Positions 38,154 through 49,028 of a DNA stretch of 64,000 bases are shown one piece after another. Numbering within the stretch: position 1 is the first letter of the stretch; the number at the start of each line of letters is the position of its first letter. The notes under the pieces are model-generated. The model worked only from the letters and a program-made list of their open reading frames with translations, ran no database searches and had not been told where the DNA came from. The translations under genes and the position numbers were made by a program. This stretch comes from Acidobacteriota bacterium (GTDB lineage: Bacteria > Acidobacteriota > Aminicenantia > Aminicenantales > Saccharicenantaceae): assembly GCA_022711665.1 (NCBI GenBank), contig JAKLEN010000005.1, forward strand, positions 130,619 through 194,618. Reading direction: 5' to 3'.

Positions 38154-39533
38154 TCAGGAGCCGGCGACGGTCATTTCCGCGACCTTGATCGTCGGCCCGG
38201 TGACGGAGCTATTGAAATCGAGGTCCGTCCCGACCGCCTCGATCGTCTCGAGGATGCGCCCCAGGTTGCCCGAGATCGTGATCTCGCTCACCGGGTAGGC
38301 GATCCGGCCGTCCTCGATCCACAGGCCGAAGGCGCCCCTCGAGATGTCGCCCGTCACCGCGTTCAGGCCGTGGCCGATCGTCCGGATGAGCAGCAGCCCC
38401 TTCTTCGTCCCGGCGATGATGTCCGCCGGCGAAACCGCCCCCGGCCCCGGCTGTAGGAAGAAGTTCGCCGGCCCGACGCCGCCGCCGTCGGCGCTCCCGG
38501 TCGACTGCAGCCCGAGCTTGCGGGCCGCGTAGTAGTTGCAGAGGTAGCTCTTCAGCACGCCCTTCTCGACGACCACGGTCCGCCGGCAGGGCAGGCCGTC
38601 CGAATCGAACGGGTGCGAGCCGAGCGCGCCGGGCATGAGGGCGTCGTCGACGACCGTGATCAGATCGTTCCCGATCCGCTGCCCCAGCCGGCCCTCGAGG
38701 AAGGTGGCCTTCTGGTAGACCGCCGTCCCGGCGACGCACCCGAACAGGAATCCCATCAGCCAGGACGTCTGCGTCGGCTCGAATAGGACCGGCACGTTCT
38801 GCGTCGGGACCTTGCGGGGATGGAGCTGGCGCACCGTCCGCTCGACGGCCTTGCGGGCGATCTCCTCGGGCGTCTCCAGGTCCTTGAAGTGCCGCTTGGC
38901 CGAGGACCAGGAGTCCTCGACCCGGTCGTCCGTGCCGCCGGCCTGGAGCCCGACGCCGAGGCCGCAATAGGTCTGCGCGCACTCGCCGACGAAGCCGTTG
39001 GTCATGGCCAGGACGGAACGGATCTCGTTCGTGGAGAACGTCGCGCCGTACGAGTTGGTGATGCGTTTGTCCCGCAACGCCGCCCGCTCGGTCCGCAGGG
39101 CCAGGCCGATCTTGGTCTTCGAGTCGAGCCCGGCGATGGCCGGGTCGTAGAGGTCGAGCCCGGCGGCGTCCACCCGCTCGGTCGAGAGCGGGGCCAGGGA
39201 GGCGAACTCGTCGGGGCTGCCGAGCTCGGTCCGCCGCACGGCGTTGCGGACGAGGCGCCGCAGCGTCGCCGGGTCGAGGTCGGACGAGCTGGCGTAGGCC
39301 GTCCTCTTGTCCTTGATGATCCGCACGCCGGCCGAGCGCGAGCCGGCCTCGACCAGCGTCTCGATGCGGCCCTTGCGGACGTCGACGTTGAACTCGTAGC
39401 CGTCGACGATGGAAACCTCGGCCTCGCCGGCGCCGCACTTGCGGGCATACTCGACGAGCGACTCGGCCAGGTCGCGCAGGGCCGGCTCCGGCCCCGCCGT
39501 TCCCCGGCGCCCGGCGCCCCGGCTCCGCGTCAT
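38154..39533 (-). CDS. pmbA: Metalloprotease PmbA/TldE
   Basis: 459-aa product (MTRSRGAG...) with the PmbA/TldD fold pattern. The start ATG overlaps the tldD stop (ATGA). The longer 974-aa track ORF was rejected. Confidence 0.8.
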   Translation of the reverse strand: MTRSRGAGRRGTAGPEPALRDLAESLVEYARKCGAGEAEVSIVDGYEFNVDVRKGRIETLVEAGSRSAGVRIIKDKRTAYASSSDLDPATLRRLVRNAVRRTELGSPDEFASLAPLSTERVDAAGLDLYDPAIAGLDSKTKIGLALRTERAALRDKRITNSYGATFSTNEIRSVLAMTNGFVGECAQTYCGLGVGLQAGGTDDRVEDSWSSAKRHFKDLETPEEIARKAVERTVRQLHPRKVPTQNVPVLFEPTQTSWLMGFLFGCVAGTAVYQKATFLEGRLGQRIGNDLITVVDDALMPGALGSHPFDSDGLPCRRTVVVEKGVLKSYLCNYYAARKLGLQSTGSADGGGVGPANFFLQPGPGAVSPADIIAGTKKGLLLIRTIGHGLNAVTGDISRGAFGLWIEDGRIAYPVSEITISGNLGRILETIEAVGTDLDFNSSVTGPTIKVAEMTVAGS

Positions 39534-40996
39534 GACCGGCCTCCCACCGTCATCCGGCCGATGCGCAGGGTCGGGCAGCCGTCGTTGACCGGCACGTCCT
39601 GGCCGTCCTTGCTGCACGTCCCAGTCTGCAGGCCGAAGGCCAGGTCGCCGCCGACCCGGTCGATGCGCCTCAGGATGTCGATGTTCGTCCCAATGAGCGT
39701 CGCCTGCTTGACCGGGGCCGTGAGCTTGCCGCCCTCGATGAGGTAGCCGAGGGTCACGGAGAAGGTGAACTTGCCCGAGTCCTCGACCTGGCCGCCCGAC
39801 AGGCTGGCGACGTAGAAGCCCTTGTCGACCGAGCGGACGATGTCTTCCGGCGCGTCGCCGCCGGCCGCGATGTAGGTGTTGGCCATGCGCGGGATGGGCC
39901 AGTGGCCGTAGTCCTGGCGGCGGCCGTGGCCGGTCAGGGCCGCGCCCTTCATCAGCCGCGCCGAGAGCCGGTCCTGGAGCAGGCCGCGGACGACGCCCTT
40001 GTCGATGAGCAGGGTCCGCCGCGGCGGCGTGCCCTCGTCGTCGACGTTGTAGGAGCCGCGGAACGAGGGAATGGTCGGATCGTCGTAGATCGTGACCAGC
40101 TCGGAGCCGACCCGCCGGCCCATCTTGTTCCAGAAGATCGAGGTCTTCTTGCGGTTGAAATCGGCTTCGAGCAGATGGCCGACGGCCTCGTGGATGAGGA
40201 CGCCGCTGTGGCCGGGGGCCAGCACGATGGGCATCTCGCCGGCCGGGGCGTCGACGGCCCCCAGCAGGACGACCGCCTCGCGGGCCGCCTGCTCGCCGAT
40301 CTGGCGCGGCGTCAGGACGTCGCGGAAGTACTCCAGGCCGACCCGGCCGCCGCCGCCCCAGTAACCCGCCTCGCGCTGGCCATCCTTTTCCGAGATGGCG
40401 ACGCAGACGAGCTTGACCATGGGCCGGGTGTCGCGGACCAGCAGGCCTTCGGAGTTGGCGACGCAGAGATGGACGAGGGAATCTGAATAATAGGCCTTGA
40501 CCTTGACGATGCGCGGATCGTAGGCCTGGGCCGCGCCATAGGCCTCGCGGACGAGCGCGACCTTGCGGCCGAGGGCCGAGCCGCTCGCCGGCCGGCGGAC
40601 GGCCAGGCGGTCCGAGGCCCGGGTCCGGTCCCGGAGCGGCGGGGGAGAGGCCTGGACGCCCCGGCCGCGGGCGATGGCCGCGGCCGTCAGGGCCGCCTTG
40701 CGGACCTTGTCCATGGCGAAATCGTTGGTGTAGCCGAAGCCGGTCCGGTCGCCGCGGATGACCCGGATGCCCATCCCCAGGCTGACGGACTCGGCCGTCT
40801 CCTTGACGATGTCCTCCTCCATGTTGACCAGGTCGTAGGCCCGGTGCTCCATGAAGATCTCGGCGAACTCGCCGCCGCTCGACAGGGCGTCGGCCAGGAC
40901 CGATCGCAGGTCGGCCGGGCTCAGGCCGAAGTGGTCGGCGTAGGGGATGGCCCGCGGCTCCGTTTGGCGCTTCAAGATGCGGCCATGATGGCACAT
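39530..40996 (-). CDS. tldD: Metalloprotease TldD
   Basis: 488 aa with typical TldD N- and C-terminal conservation (GxRVIxGDRTGFGYT, HEAVGH-like segment). Confidence 0.85.
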   Translation of the reverse strand: MCHHGRILKRQTEPRAIPYADHFGLSPADLRSVLADALSSGGEFAEIFMEHRAYDLVNMEEDIVKETAESVSLGMGIRVIRGDRTGFGYTNDFAMDKVRKAALTAAAIARGRGVQASPPPLRDRTRASDRLAVRRPASGSALGRKVALVREAYGAAQAYDPRIVKVKAYYSDSLVHLCVANSEGLLVRDTRPMVKLVCVAISEKDGQREAGYWGGGGRVGLEYFRDVLTPRQIGEQAAREAVVLLGAVDAPAGEMPIVLAPGHSGVLIHEAVGHLLEADFNRKKTSIFWNKMGRRVGSELVTIYDDPTIPSFRGSYNVDDEGTPPRRTLLIDKGVVRGLLQDRLSARLMKGAALTGHGRRQDYGHWPIPRMANTYIAAGGDAPEDIVRSVDKGFYVASLSGGQVEDSGKFTFSVTLGYLIEGGKLTAPVKQATLIGTNIDILRRIDRVGGDLAFGLQTGTCSKDGQDVPVNDGCPTLRIGRMTVGGRS

Positions 40997-41184
40997 TCTC
41001 CCGGCCGAGGCAAACGGGCCCCCGGCCCGCGTCCTGCTCCGCGCCCCGTGCCGAAGCCGGCTTTATTTGATCCAACAACCTGCCGTTCGGTCAGGTATTA
41101 CATGAGTCAATGCGCCTCCTTGACACCGGGAAGGGCCGGGCATTAGCATTGGCCCGGCAAAACCGCTGATTGATGGGAGGCGGC

Positions 41185-43083
41185 ATGGGAAAAGCGCGGC
41201 TCCTGTTTTTCGTCATCCTCCTGATGCTCTTGACGGCCGGTCCTCCGGCGGCCCGGTCGGCGTCCCCGGCCTGCGCTCCATCGCCGCCCCGGCTGGCTCT
41301 GACGGCTTCGGCGGAGGCGGTCCCCGGCCTGCCGCGCCGCGACCTGCGGCTGATCTTCATCGCGGACGAGGAATACCAGCGCCGGCCCGGCTGGATGGCG
41401 CGCACCTCAGCCATGATCAAGGCCGTCTCGGACGACTTCGAGAAGCTCTTCAACATCCGCCTCACGGCCCGGCCCTTCGAAGGCTGGCGGTCGGACGGCC
41501 CACTGGCCCGATTGGATGCGGCCGCCGAGTCCCTGGCGCGGGATTTCGACCGCGGCGGCGCCGATCTCCTCGTGGTCCTGTCCGGCCGGGAATGGACCGG
41601 GGACTGGCGCATGTCATACGCGATGTATAAGGAAGGCCTGATCTTCCTGGCGCCGCCCACGCACCTCTCGAGCCTGGTGCCGGTCTTCGAGCGCCTTCTC
41701 GGGCGCCTGTTCGGGGCCGTGGAGGTTCCCCTGCACGCCCTCGGGCCGCGGCTGGACCTGCCCTTCTCGCCCGGGGACCCCGATCGGTTCACGTTCTCCG
41801 CCGAGAACCGGGAGATCATCCTCCTCAACCGGGACCGGACGTTCAACCAGCCTGATTCTCCGGCCTTTCCGGTCGCGACGGAGCGGGCGATCGAGCTCTA
41901 TGGCTCGATCTGCGCTTCGATCGAAAGAGAGGCTGCCGTCCGGAAGGCCCAGCGCGCGGCCGCCCTGGCCGGACAGCCCGAAGGCGCGGAGGCCCCGTCC
42001 CAACCGCCCGACGGCGAGGAGGCCCTGCCGGTCCCAGCGATCGGCAACGTGACGGAAGCCCATCTCCTTCTGGCCCAACTCCATCTGAACGCCGGACGCC
42101 TGGACGAGGCCATGGCCTTCTGCGCCGGCGCGCTCAAGCTCAATCCTGGCGATCTCGAGGCCCAGAACACGATCGGGATCATCTACCGCCGAACTGGCGA
42201 CCCGGGGAAGGCCATCGAAAGATATCTCGGGGTATTCAAACAGGACCCTCAATTCGCCCAGGTCCTGTTCAATATGGGCGTCGCCTACGCCCAGCAGGAC
42301 GACCTGAAGAACGCCCTGTCCGCCTACGAAGCCGCCGTGGCGCTGAGGCCGGCCTACGCGGAGGCGCACAACAACATCGGCAACATCCGCCTCCGGCAGG
42401 GCCGCTACGACGAGGCCGAGGCGTGCTTCCGGCGGGCCGTTATCGCCAGGCCCGGCCTGGCCGCGGCCCACGCCAACCTGGCCGGGCTCATGCTGAGAAG
42501 AGGAGACGTCGCCGGGGCTGGGGCCGAGGCCGACGAAGCCGCCCGGCTGGACCCCGGCCTGGTCCAGGCGGCGCTCATCCAGGGCAACGTGGACCAGGCC
42601 GGAGGGCGCACGGACGAGGCGATCACGCACTATCTACTGGCCAAGTCCCTCGACCCGAAGGACGGGAGGGCGACCGTCAACCTGGGCATCTGCGCCTTCG
42701 GCCGGGGCGCGTTCGAGGAGTCCGAGGGGTTCTTCCGGGAGGCTCTGGCTTCTGACCAGAACTCCGCGGTGGCCCGCGCCGGCCTGGGCGCCTGCCTGCT
42801 CAAGCGCCGGGACCTCGACGCGGCCTCCCGGGAGCTCCAGGCCGCGCTGGCCCTCGGCCCGGGGACGGCGGAGATCCACCTCAACCTGAGCTCGATCGCC
42901 CTGGAGAGGAAGAGGTATGACGAAGCCGTCGCCCAGGCCAGGGCGGCGCTGGCTTTGGCGCCGGAGATGGACGAAGCCTACCGCAACCTCGGCGCGGCCC
43001 TTCTGCAGAAAGGCCTGAAGAAGGAATCCGCCGAGGCCTACGCGGCCGCCGCCCGGATCGCGCGGGACAAGGCCGGCCGGTAG
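41185..43083 (+). CDS. Secreted TPR-repeat protein with N-terminal domain of unknown function
   Basis: Signal peptide. At least 8 TPR units in the C-terminal half. ATG at 41185 preceded by GGGAGG (track ORF starts at 41170). Confidence 0.6.
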   Translation: MGKARLLFFVILLMLLTAGPPAARSASPACAPSPPRLALTASAEAVPGLPRRDLRLIFIADEEYQRRPGWMARTSAMIKAVSDDFEKLFNIRLTARPFEGWRSDGPLARLDAAAESLARDFDRGGADLLVVLSGREWTGDWRMSYAMYKEGLIFLAPPTHLSSLVPVFERLLGRLFGAVEVPLHALGPRLDLPFSPGDPDRFTFSAENREIILLNRDRTFNQPDSPAFPVATERAIELYGSICASIEREAAVRKAQRAAALAGQPEGAEAPSQPPDGEEALPVPAIGNVTEAHLLLAQLHLNAGRLDEAMAFCAGALKLNPGDLEAQNTIGIIYRRTGDPGKAIERYLGVFKQDPQFAQVLFNMGVAYAQQDDLKNALSAYEAAVALRPAYAEAHNNIGNIRLRQGRYDEAEACFRRAVIARPGLAAAHANLAGLMLRRGDVAGAGAEADEAARLDPGLVQAALIQGNVDQAGGRTDEAITHYLLAKSLDPKDGRATVNLGICAFGRGAFEESEGFFREALASDQNSAVARAGLGACLLKRRDLDAASRELQAALALGPGTAEIHLNLSSIALERKRYDEAVAQARAALALAPEMDEAYRNLGAALLQKGLKKESAEAYAAAARIARDKAGR

Positions 43084-43180
43084 GGGCAGGCCCGAGCGTA
43101 TGCCCGTGAGCCGGCCCTCCCGCCTGCCCACGCTGCGGTTTGACGCCCAACTGGGGGAAGGCATATAATCCGAGCCGGCC

Positions 43181-44044
43181 ATGGGAACGCAAACGGATCT
43201 CGGGCAAGCCCTCAACGCCGCCATCGACGCGGCCCTGCGCGAGGACATGCCCGAGGGCGACATCACCTCCGGGAGCATCATCCCGGCCGAGGCCCGCTCC
43301 GAGGCCTTCTTCCTGGCCAAGGAGGACGGCGTCCTGGCCGGCCTCGAAGTCGCGGCCCGGGTCTTCGCCAAGATCGATCCTTCGGTCATCTTCATCGAGC
43401 GCTTCCGCGACGGCTCCTCCTTCCATCAGGGCGACAAGCTGGCCCGGGTCAAGGGACCGACCGCGGCCCTGCTCGGAGGGGAGCGGACCGCCCTCAACTT
43501 CCTGCAGCACCTCTGCGGCGTGGCCACGGCCACCCGCCGCTTCGTCGAGGCCGTCGCCGGCACCAAGGCCAAGATCCTCGACACGCGCAAGACCACCCCG
43601 GGCCTGCGCCTCCTCGAGAAATACGCCGTCCGCACTGGCGGCGGCACGAACCACCGCCTCTCCCTGTCGGACATGATCCTGATCAAGGACAACCATCTGC
43701 GCTTCGTCGGCAGCGTCTCCGAGGCCGTCCGCCGCGCCCGGGCCAAGGCCCGGCCCGGCGTCCGCGTCGAGGTCGAGGCGGCCAGCCTGCTCCAGGTCCG
43801 CGAGGCCCTGGCGGCCGGGGCCGACATAATCATGCTCGACAACATGCCCCTCGAGACCATGACCCAGGCGGTCGCCCTGGCCGGCGGCCGCGTGCCGCTC
43901 GAGGCCTCCGGCAACATGACCCTCGATCGCGTCCGGGCCGTGGCCGAGACCGGCGTCGACTTCATCTCCGTGGGCGCCCTGACCCACTCGGCCCGGGCCG
44001 TCGACATCAGCCTGGATTTCGTCCGTCGAGGCGGCCCGGCGTGA
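43181..44044 (+). CDS. nadC: Nicotinate-nucleotide pyrophosphorylase (quinolinate phosphoribosyltransferase)
   Basis: Full-length NadC similarity (LxEDxxxGDITS..., KDNH, G(A/V)D(I/F)I). Confidence 0.9.
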   Translation: MGTQTDLGQALNAAIDAALREDMPEGDITSGSIIPAEARSEAFFLAKEDGVLAGLEVAARVFAKIDPSVIFIERFRDGSSFHQGDKLARVKGPTAALLGGERTALNFLQHLCGVATATRRFVEAVAGTKAKILDTRKTTPGLRLLEKYAVRTGGGTNHRLSLSDMILIKDNHLRFVGSVSEAVRRARAKARPGVRVEVEAASLLQVREALAAGADIIMLDNMPLETMTQAVALAGGRVPLEASGNMTLDRVRAVAETGVDFISVGALTHSARAVDISLDFVRRGGPA

Positions 44045-45621
44045 GCGACCTCACGTCCGACATCAGGACCGACGTCCTGATCATCGGCTGCGGCATCGCC
44101 GGCGCCTCGGCCGCCCTCGAGGCGGCCAGGGCCGGGCTGGACGTCGTCGTCATCACCAAGGACGCCCGGGTCGAGGAGTCCAACACCCTTTACGCCCAGG
44201 GCGGCATCGTCTCGTTCGCCCCCGATGACCGGCCGGAGCTGCTCAAGGAGGACATCCTCGAGGCCGGCGACCGGGCCGGCGATCCGGCCGCCGTCGACAT
44301 CCTGGTCGCGGACGGCCCGCGGCTGGTCCAGGAAACGCTCATCGACCGGCTCCGCATCCCCTTCACGCAGAGCTCGCCCGACGCCCTCGACTACGCCCTG
44401 GAGGGCGGGCACTCGCGGCGGCGCATCCTTCATGTCGAGGACGCCACCGGCCGGACGATCGAGGACCGCTTCCTGCGGGCCCTGCGGCGGGAGCCCCGGG
44501 TGACCATCCTGACGGGGCGGACGGCCGTCGACCTGATGACCGTGCCGCACCACTCGAAGAACCCGGTGGCCTATTACCGCGAGCCCCGGGCCATCGGCGC
44601 CTACGTCCTGGACAACGCCACGGGCCGCGTCGGCCGCGTCTTCGCCCCGTTCACCGTCCTGGCCACGGGCGGCTGCGGCGCGGTCTTCCTCCACACCTGC
44701 AATCCGCCCGGAGCGGACGGCTCGGGCTACGCCATGGCCTTCCGGGCCGGGGCCCGGATCGGCAATATGGAGTACATCCAGTTCCATCCGACCGTCTTCA
44801 TGCGCGAGTCGGGCGACGGCTTCCTCATCTCGGAGGCGGTCCGCGGCGAGGGGGCGCGGCTCAAGACCCGGGACGGCCGGACGTTCATGGAGAAGTACTC
44901 GCCGAAGCGCGACCTGGCGCCGCGCGACGAGGTTTCCCGGGCCATCTACGAGCAGATGATCCTCAGCAACGCCAACTATGTCCTGCTCGACCTGGCCTCT
45001 TACGCCGGGCCGGAGGTCATCCGCAAGCGCTTCCCGACGATCCTGCGGACCTGCCTCGAGGACGGCGTCGACATCACCCGCCAGCCCATCCCCGTCGTGC
45101 CGGCCGCCCACTATTGCTGCGGCGGCGTGCTGGCCGACGGCTGCGGCCGGACCTCGCTCGAGGGCCTCTACGCCGCCGGCGAGGTGGCCTGCACCGGCGT
45201 CCACGGCGCCAACCGCCTGGCCTCGACTTCGCTCCTCGAGGGTCTCGTCTGGGGGACGCGGGCGGCCCGGGACATCGCCGCCCGCTTCGACGGCTCGCGG
45301 CCGCACCGGGCCTCGGAGATCTTCCTCTGGCGGAATCCGAAAAGAGAGGACCATTTCGACCCGGCCCTGGTCCACCAGGACTGGCGGACCATCCGTTCGA
45401 CCATGTGGAACTACGCCGGGATCATCCGGACGCGCAAGCGCCTGGAGCGGGCCAAGGCCGACCTCGATTACCTCCGCCATCGCATCGAGCAGTTCTACCG
45501 GTCGGCGCCGGTCAACCCGGACATCGTCGGCCTGCGCCACGGCATCCTCGTCGCCCTGATGATCACCCAGGCGGCGCTGGCCAACCCCGTCTCCCGCGGC
45601 GCCCACTACATCAGGAAATAG
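44041..45621 (+). CDS. nadB: L-aspartate oxidase
   Basis: FAD-binding DVLIIGCGIAGASAALEAA. NadB length and conserved regions. Start overlaps the nadC stop by 4 nt. Confidence 0.92.
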   Translation: MSDLTSDIRTDVLIIGCGIAGASAALEAARAGLDVVVITKDARVEESNTLYAQGGIVSFAPDDRPELLKEDILEAGDRAGDPAAVDILVADGPRLVQETLIDRLRIPFTQSSPDALDYALEGGHSRRRILHVEDATGRTIEDRFLRALRREPRVTILTGRTAVDLMTVPHHSKNPVAYYREPRAIGAYVLDNATGRVGRVFAPFTVLATGGCGAVFLHTCNPPGADGSGYAMAFRAGARIGNMEYIQFHPTVFMRESGDGFLISEAVRGEGARLKTRDGRTFMEKYSPKRDLAPRDEVSRAIYEQMILSNANYVLLDLASYAGPEVIRKRFPTILRTCLEDGVDITRQPIPVVPAAHYCCGGVLADGCGRTSLEGLYAAGEVACTGVHGANRLASTSLLEGLVWGTRAARDIAARFDGSRPHRASEIFLWRNPKREDHFDPALVHQDWRTIRSTMWNYAGIIRTRKRLERAKADLDYLRHRIEQFYRSAPVNPDIVGLRHGILVALMITQAALANPVSRGAHYIRK

Positions 45622-45747
45622 GCGCGGCCCGGCGCCCCTTCATTCTTTCCTCCCGCAAGGGGAGAGAGCGGCGGGGCGGGGAGGCTGGCGGGATGCGGCA
45701 GCTTGTTCTATAATGGCCCTTTGTATTTCGTTTAACGGAGACCCCCT

Positions 45748-48540
45748 ATGGCCGACAAGTCCGACGTGAAGGCGACGCTCAACCTGCCGCGCACCGATTT
45801 CGCCATGAAGGCCGCCCTGGCCCAGAGGGAGCCGGAGACCATCAAGGCCTGGGAGACCGGCCGCCTGTACGAGAAGATCCTGGAGAAGAGGGCCGCCGCC
45901 GGCCGTCCGCCGTTCATCCTCCATGACGGGCCGCCCTACGCCAACGGCCACATCCATCTGGGCACGTCGATGAACAAGATCCTCAAGGACTTCATCATCA
46001 AGTCCCAGTCGATGCTCGGCCATTACGCCCCCTATATCCCGGGCTGGGATTGTCACGGCCTGCCCATCGAGATCCACGTCGACAAGCAGCTTGGCGAGAA
46101 GAAGAAGAGCCTGAGCGTCACGGCCGTCCGCGAGGAGTGCCGCAAATACGCCGAGAAGTTCATAGATATCCAGCGCGGCGAATTCCGGCGCCTGGGCGTT
46201 TTCGGCGCCTGGGAGACGCCCTACCTGACAATGGCCCCGGCCTACGAGGCCAAGGTCCTCGAATACCTGGCCGACTTCTTCGAGCACGGCGAGGTCTTCA
46301 AGGGCAAGCGGCCCGTCCACTGGTGCGTCCACTGCCGCACCGCCCTGGCCGAGGCCGAGATCGAGTACAAGGACAAGACGTCGCCCTCGATCTACGTCCG
46401 CTTCCGCGTCGTCTCCGACCTCGCGGCCAAGTTCCCGGCCCTGGCCGGCCGGCCGGCCTACGCGCTCATCTGGACCACCACGCCCTGGACGCTGCCGGCC
46501 AACATGGCCATCGCCTTCCATCCCGAGGCCGAGTACGCCGCGGCCGAGGTCAACGGCGAGGTCTACATCCTGGCCAAGCGGCTCCTGCCGGTCGTGGCCG
46601 AGGAGCTCGGCTGGCCGCAGCCGAAAGTCCTGGCCTCGTTCCCGGGCCGCGAGCTCGAGGGCCTGAGGGCCCGCCACCCGTTCGTCGAGCGCGACTCGGT
46701 CTTCGTCCTGGCCGGGTACGTCACGCTCGAGGACGGCACGGGCTGCGTCCACACCGCCCCCGGGCACGGCTACGACGACTACCTGACCGGCAAGGCCAAC
46801 GGCATCGATATCTACACGCCAGTCGACGACGAGGGCCGCTTCACGCCCGAGGTGCCGCGCTACGCCGGGATGCAGGTCTTCGAGGCCAACCCCCGCATCA
46901 CCGCCGACATGAAGCGGGACGGCTCCGTGCTCAAGGAGACCCTGATCACGCACTCCTATCCCCACTGCTGGCGCTGCAAGAACCCGGTCATCTTCCGGGC
47001 CACCGAGCAGTGGTTCATCTCCATGGACAAGGGCGGCCTCCGGGCCAGGGCGAGAGAGGCCATCGCCGGGGTCCGCTGGATCCCCGAATGGGGCCGGGAC
47101 CGCATCGACGGCATGGTCGCCGGCCGGCCCGACTGGTGCATCTCGCGCCAGCGCTCCTGGGGCGTGCCCATCCCGGCCTTCAAGTGCCGGGGCTGCGGCG
47201 CCCCGCTGGCCTCGGCCGCCGTGGCCCGCCACGTCGCCGGCATCTTCGCCGCCGAAGGCTCGAACGCCTGGTTCGTCCGCGAGGCCGCGGCGCTCGTCCC
47301 GCCGGGCGCTTCCTGCGGCTCCTGCGGCGGCCGGGATTTCGAAAAGGAATTCAACATCCTCGACGTCTGGTTCGAGTCCGGCTCGTCGCAGAACGTCCTC
47401 GAGCGCGAGGCCGGGCACGCCTGGCCGGCCGACGTCTACATCGAGGGGCACGACCAGCACCGCGGCTGGTTCAACAGCTCCCTGCTCATCGGCGTCGGGG
47501 CCAAGGGCGCCAGCCCCTTCCGGACCTGCATCACCCACGGCTTCATCCTCGACGAGCAGGGCCGGGCCATGTCGAAATCGATGGGCAACGTCATCGAGCC
47601 CGGCGAAGTCATCAAACGCAGCGGCGCCGAGATCGTCCGGCTCTGGGCGGCCATGCTCAATTACAAGGAGGATGCCCGCTTCGGCCCGGAGATCGAGCAG
47701 CGGCTGGTCGAGGCCTACCGCAAGATCCGCAACACCTGGCGCTTCCTGCTCGGCAACGTCTCGGACTTCGTGCCCGGCCGCGACGCGGTGGCCGAGGCCG
47801 ACCTGGCCGATCTCGACCGCTGGATCCTGCAGCGCTTCGAGGAGGTCCGGTCGCGGGTGGTCCGGTCGTACGGCGAGTTCGAATTCCATCCGATCCTCCA
47901 TGACATCCTCGACTTCTTCACCGTCGACCTGAGCGCCTTCTACCTCGACGTGGTCAAGGACCGGGTCTACTGCTCGGCCCAGGCCGCGCCCGAGCGCCGC
48001 TCGGCCCAGACGGCCATGTTCACGATCCTGCGCGATTCGTTGCTGCTCCTGGCCCCCATCCTGTCGTTCACGGCCGAGGAGGCCTGGGCCCGCGTCCCGG
48101 ACTACGAGGGCAAGGACCCTTCGGTCCACCTGGGCGAGTTCCCCGGCCCGACCGACTGGCTGAGATCGGCCCCGGCCGGCTTCTCCGCCGGGATGGAACG
48201 GCTGCTGGCCGTGCGCGAGAAGGCCCTCAAGGAGCTGGAGAAGGCCCGCGAGTCCAAGCTCATCGGGAACTCCCTCGAGGCCCGGGTGACGCTGAAGGCC
48301 CCGCCGGCCGAGGCCGGCCAGCTCGAGGCGCGCCGGGAGGACCTGGCCGCGCTTCTCATCGTTTCCCAGGTCGAGGTCGAGCCGGCCCCGGAGGGCGGGG
48401 ACCTAGTCATCGAGGTCGGCCAGGCGGCGGGCGCCAAGTGCGAGCGCTGCTGGAACTACTCGACCTCCGTCGGGACCAGCCCGGACTGCCCGACCTTCTG
48501 CGCCCGCTGCGCCAAGGCCGTCAAGGCGGGCCGGGCATGA
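45748..48540 (+). CDS. ileS: Isoleucine--tRNA ligase
   Basis: HIGH-class motif (PYANGHIHLGT), KMSKS motif (KSMGN), C-terminal Zn-finger cysteines. 930 aa. Confidence 0.97.
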   Translation: MADKSDVKATLNLPRTDFAMKAALAQREPETIKAWETGRLYEKILEKRAAAGRPPFILHDGPPYANGHIHLGTSMNKILKDFIIKSQSMLGHYAPYIPGWDCHGLPIEIHVDKQLGEKKKSLSVTAVREECRKYAEKFIDIQRGEFRRLGVFGAWETPYLTMAPAYEAKVLEYLADFFEHGEVFKGKRPVHWCVHCRTALAEAEIEYKDKTSPSIYVRFRVVSDLAAKFPALAGRPAYALIWTTTPWTLPANMAIAFHPEAEYAAAEVNGEVYILAKRLLPVVAEELGWPQPKVLASFPGRELEGLRARHPFVERDSVFVLAGYVTLEDGTGCVHTAPGHGYDDYLTGKANGIDIYTPVDDEGRFTPEVPRYAGMQVFEANPRITADMKRDGSVLKETLITHSYPHCWRCKNPVIFRATEQWFISMDKGGLRARAREAIAGVRWIPEWGRDRIDGMVAGRPDWCISRQRSWGVPIPAFKCRGCGAPLASAAVARHVAGIFAAEGSNAWFVREAAALVPPGASCGSCGGRDFEKEFNILDVWFESGSSQNVLEREAGHAWPADVYIEGHDQHRGWFNSSLLIGVGAKGASPFRTCITHGFILDEQGRAMSKSMGNVIEPGEVIKRSGAEIVRLWAAMLNYKEDARFGPEIEQRLVEAYRKIRNTWRFLLGNVSDFVPGRDAVAEADLADLDRWILQRFEEVRSRVVRSYGEFEFHPILHDILDFFTVDLSAFYLDVVKDRVYCSAQAAPERRSAQTAMFTILRDSLLLLAPILSFTAEEAWARVPDYEGKDPSVHLGEFPGPTDWLRSAPAGFSAGMERLLAVREKALKELEKARESKLIGNSLEARVTLKAPPAEAGQLEARREDLAALLIVSQVEVEPAPEGGDLVIEVGQAAGAKCERCWNYSTSVGTSPDCPTFCARCAKAVKAGRA

Positions 48541-49028
48541 CCAGGAACGGGCCGTACTTCCTGCTGGCCGCCGGCCTCGTCGCCCTGGACCAGGCGACCA
48601 AGAACCTCGTCGCCTCCAAGGTCGCTCTCTACCGGTCGATCCCGGTCATCCCCGGCTTTTTCAACATCACCCGCATCCACAACAAGGGCGCGATCTTCGG
48701 CACCTTTTCGCAGACCGGCAACCCGCTGGTTTTCGTCCTGCTGACGGCGGCCTCGCTCCTGGCCCTGGCCTTCGTCGTCTACTATTTCTTCAAGACGCCG
48801 GCCGCGGACAAGCTGATGAAGTTCGCCCTGACGCTGATCATGGCCGGGGCCGTCGGCAACCAGTTCGACCGCCTGGTCCGCGGCCATGTCATCGACTTCC
48901 TGGATTTCTACATCGGCCAGGCCCATTGGCCGTTCTTCAACGCGGCCGATTCCTGCATCACCATCGGCGCCTGCCTGATGCTCATCGTCCTGTTCAGGAG
49001 GAAACCCGCATGCTCCCCATCCTCGTGA
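48537..49028 (+). CDS. lspA: Lipoprotein signal peptidase II
   Basis: LspA topology and conserved NKGAIFG, FDR and D residues. Start ATG overlaps the ileS stop (ATGA). Confidence 0.9.
   Translation: MTRNGPYFLLAAGLVALDQATKNLVASKVALYRSIPVIPGFFNITRIHNKGAIFGTFSQTGNPLVFVLLTAASLLALAFVVYYFFKTPAADKLMKFALTLIMAGAVGNQFDRLVRGHVIDFLDFYIGQAHWPFFNAADSCITIGACLMLIVLFRRKPACSPSS

Noticed and set aside
38154-41078. 974-aa ORF covering both pmbA and tldD
   Set aside because: The upstream two-thirds is an alternate frame across the genuine tldD gene (39530..40996). PmbA starts at the ATG overlapping the tldD stop (39533).
45622-45747. T-box or other leader structure upstream of ileS
   Set aside because: Only a TATAAT-like -10 element and a weak 5-bp hairpin were seen. 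No specifier or T-box consensus.
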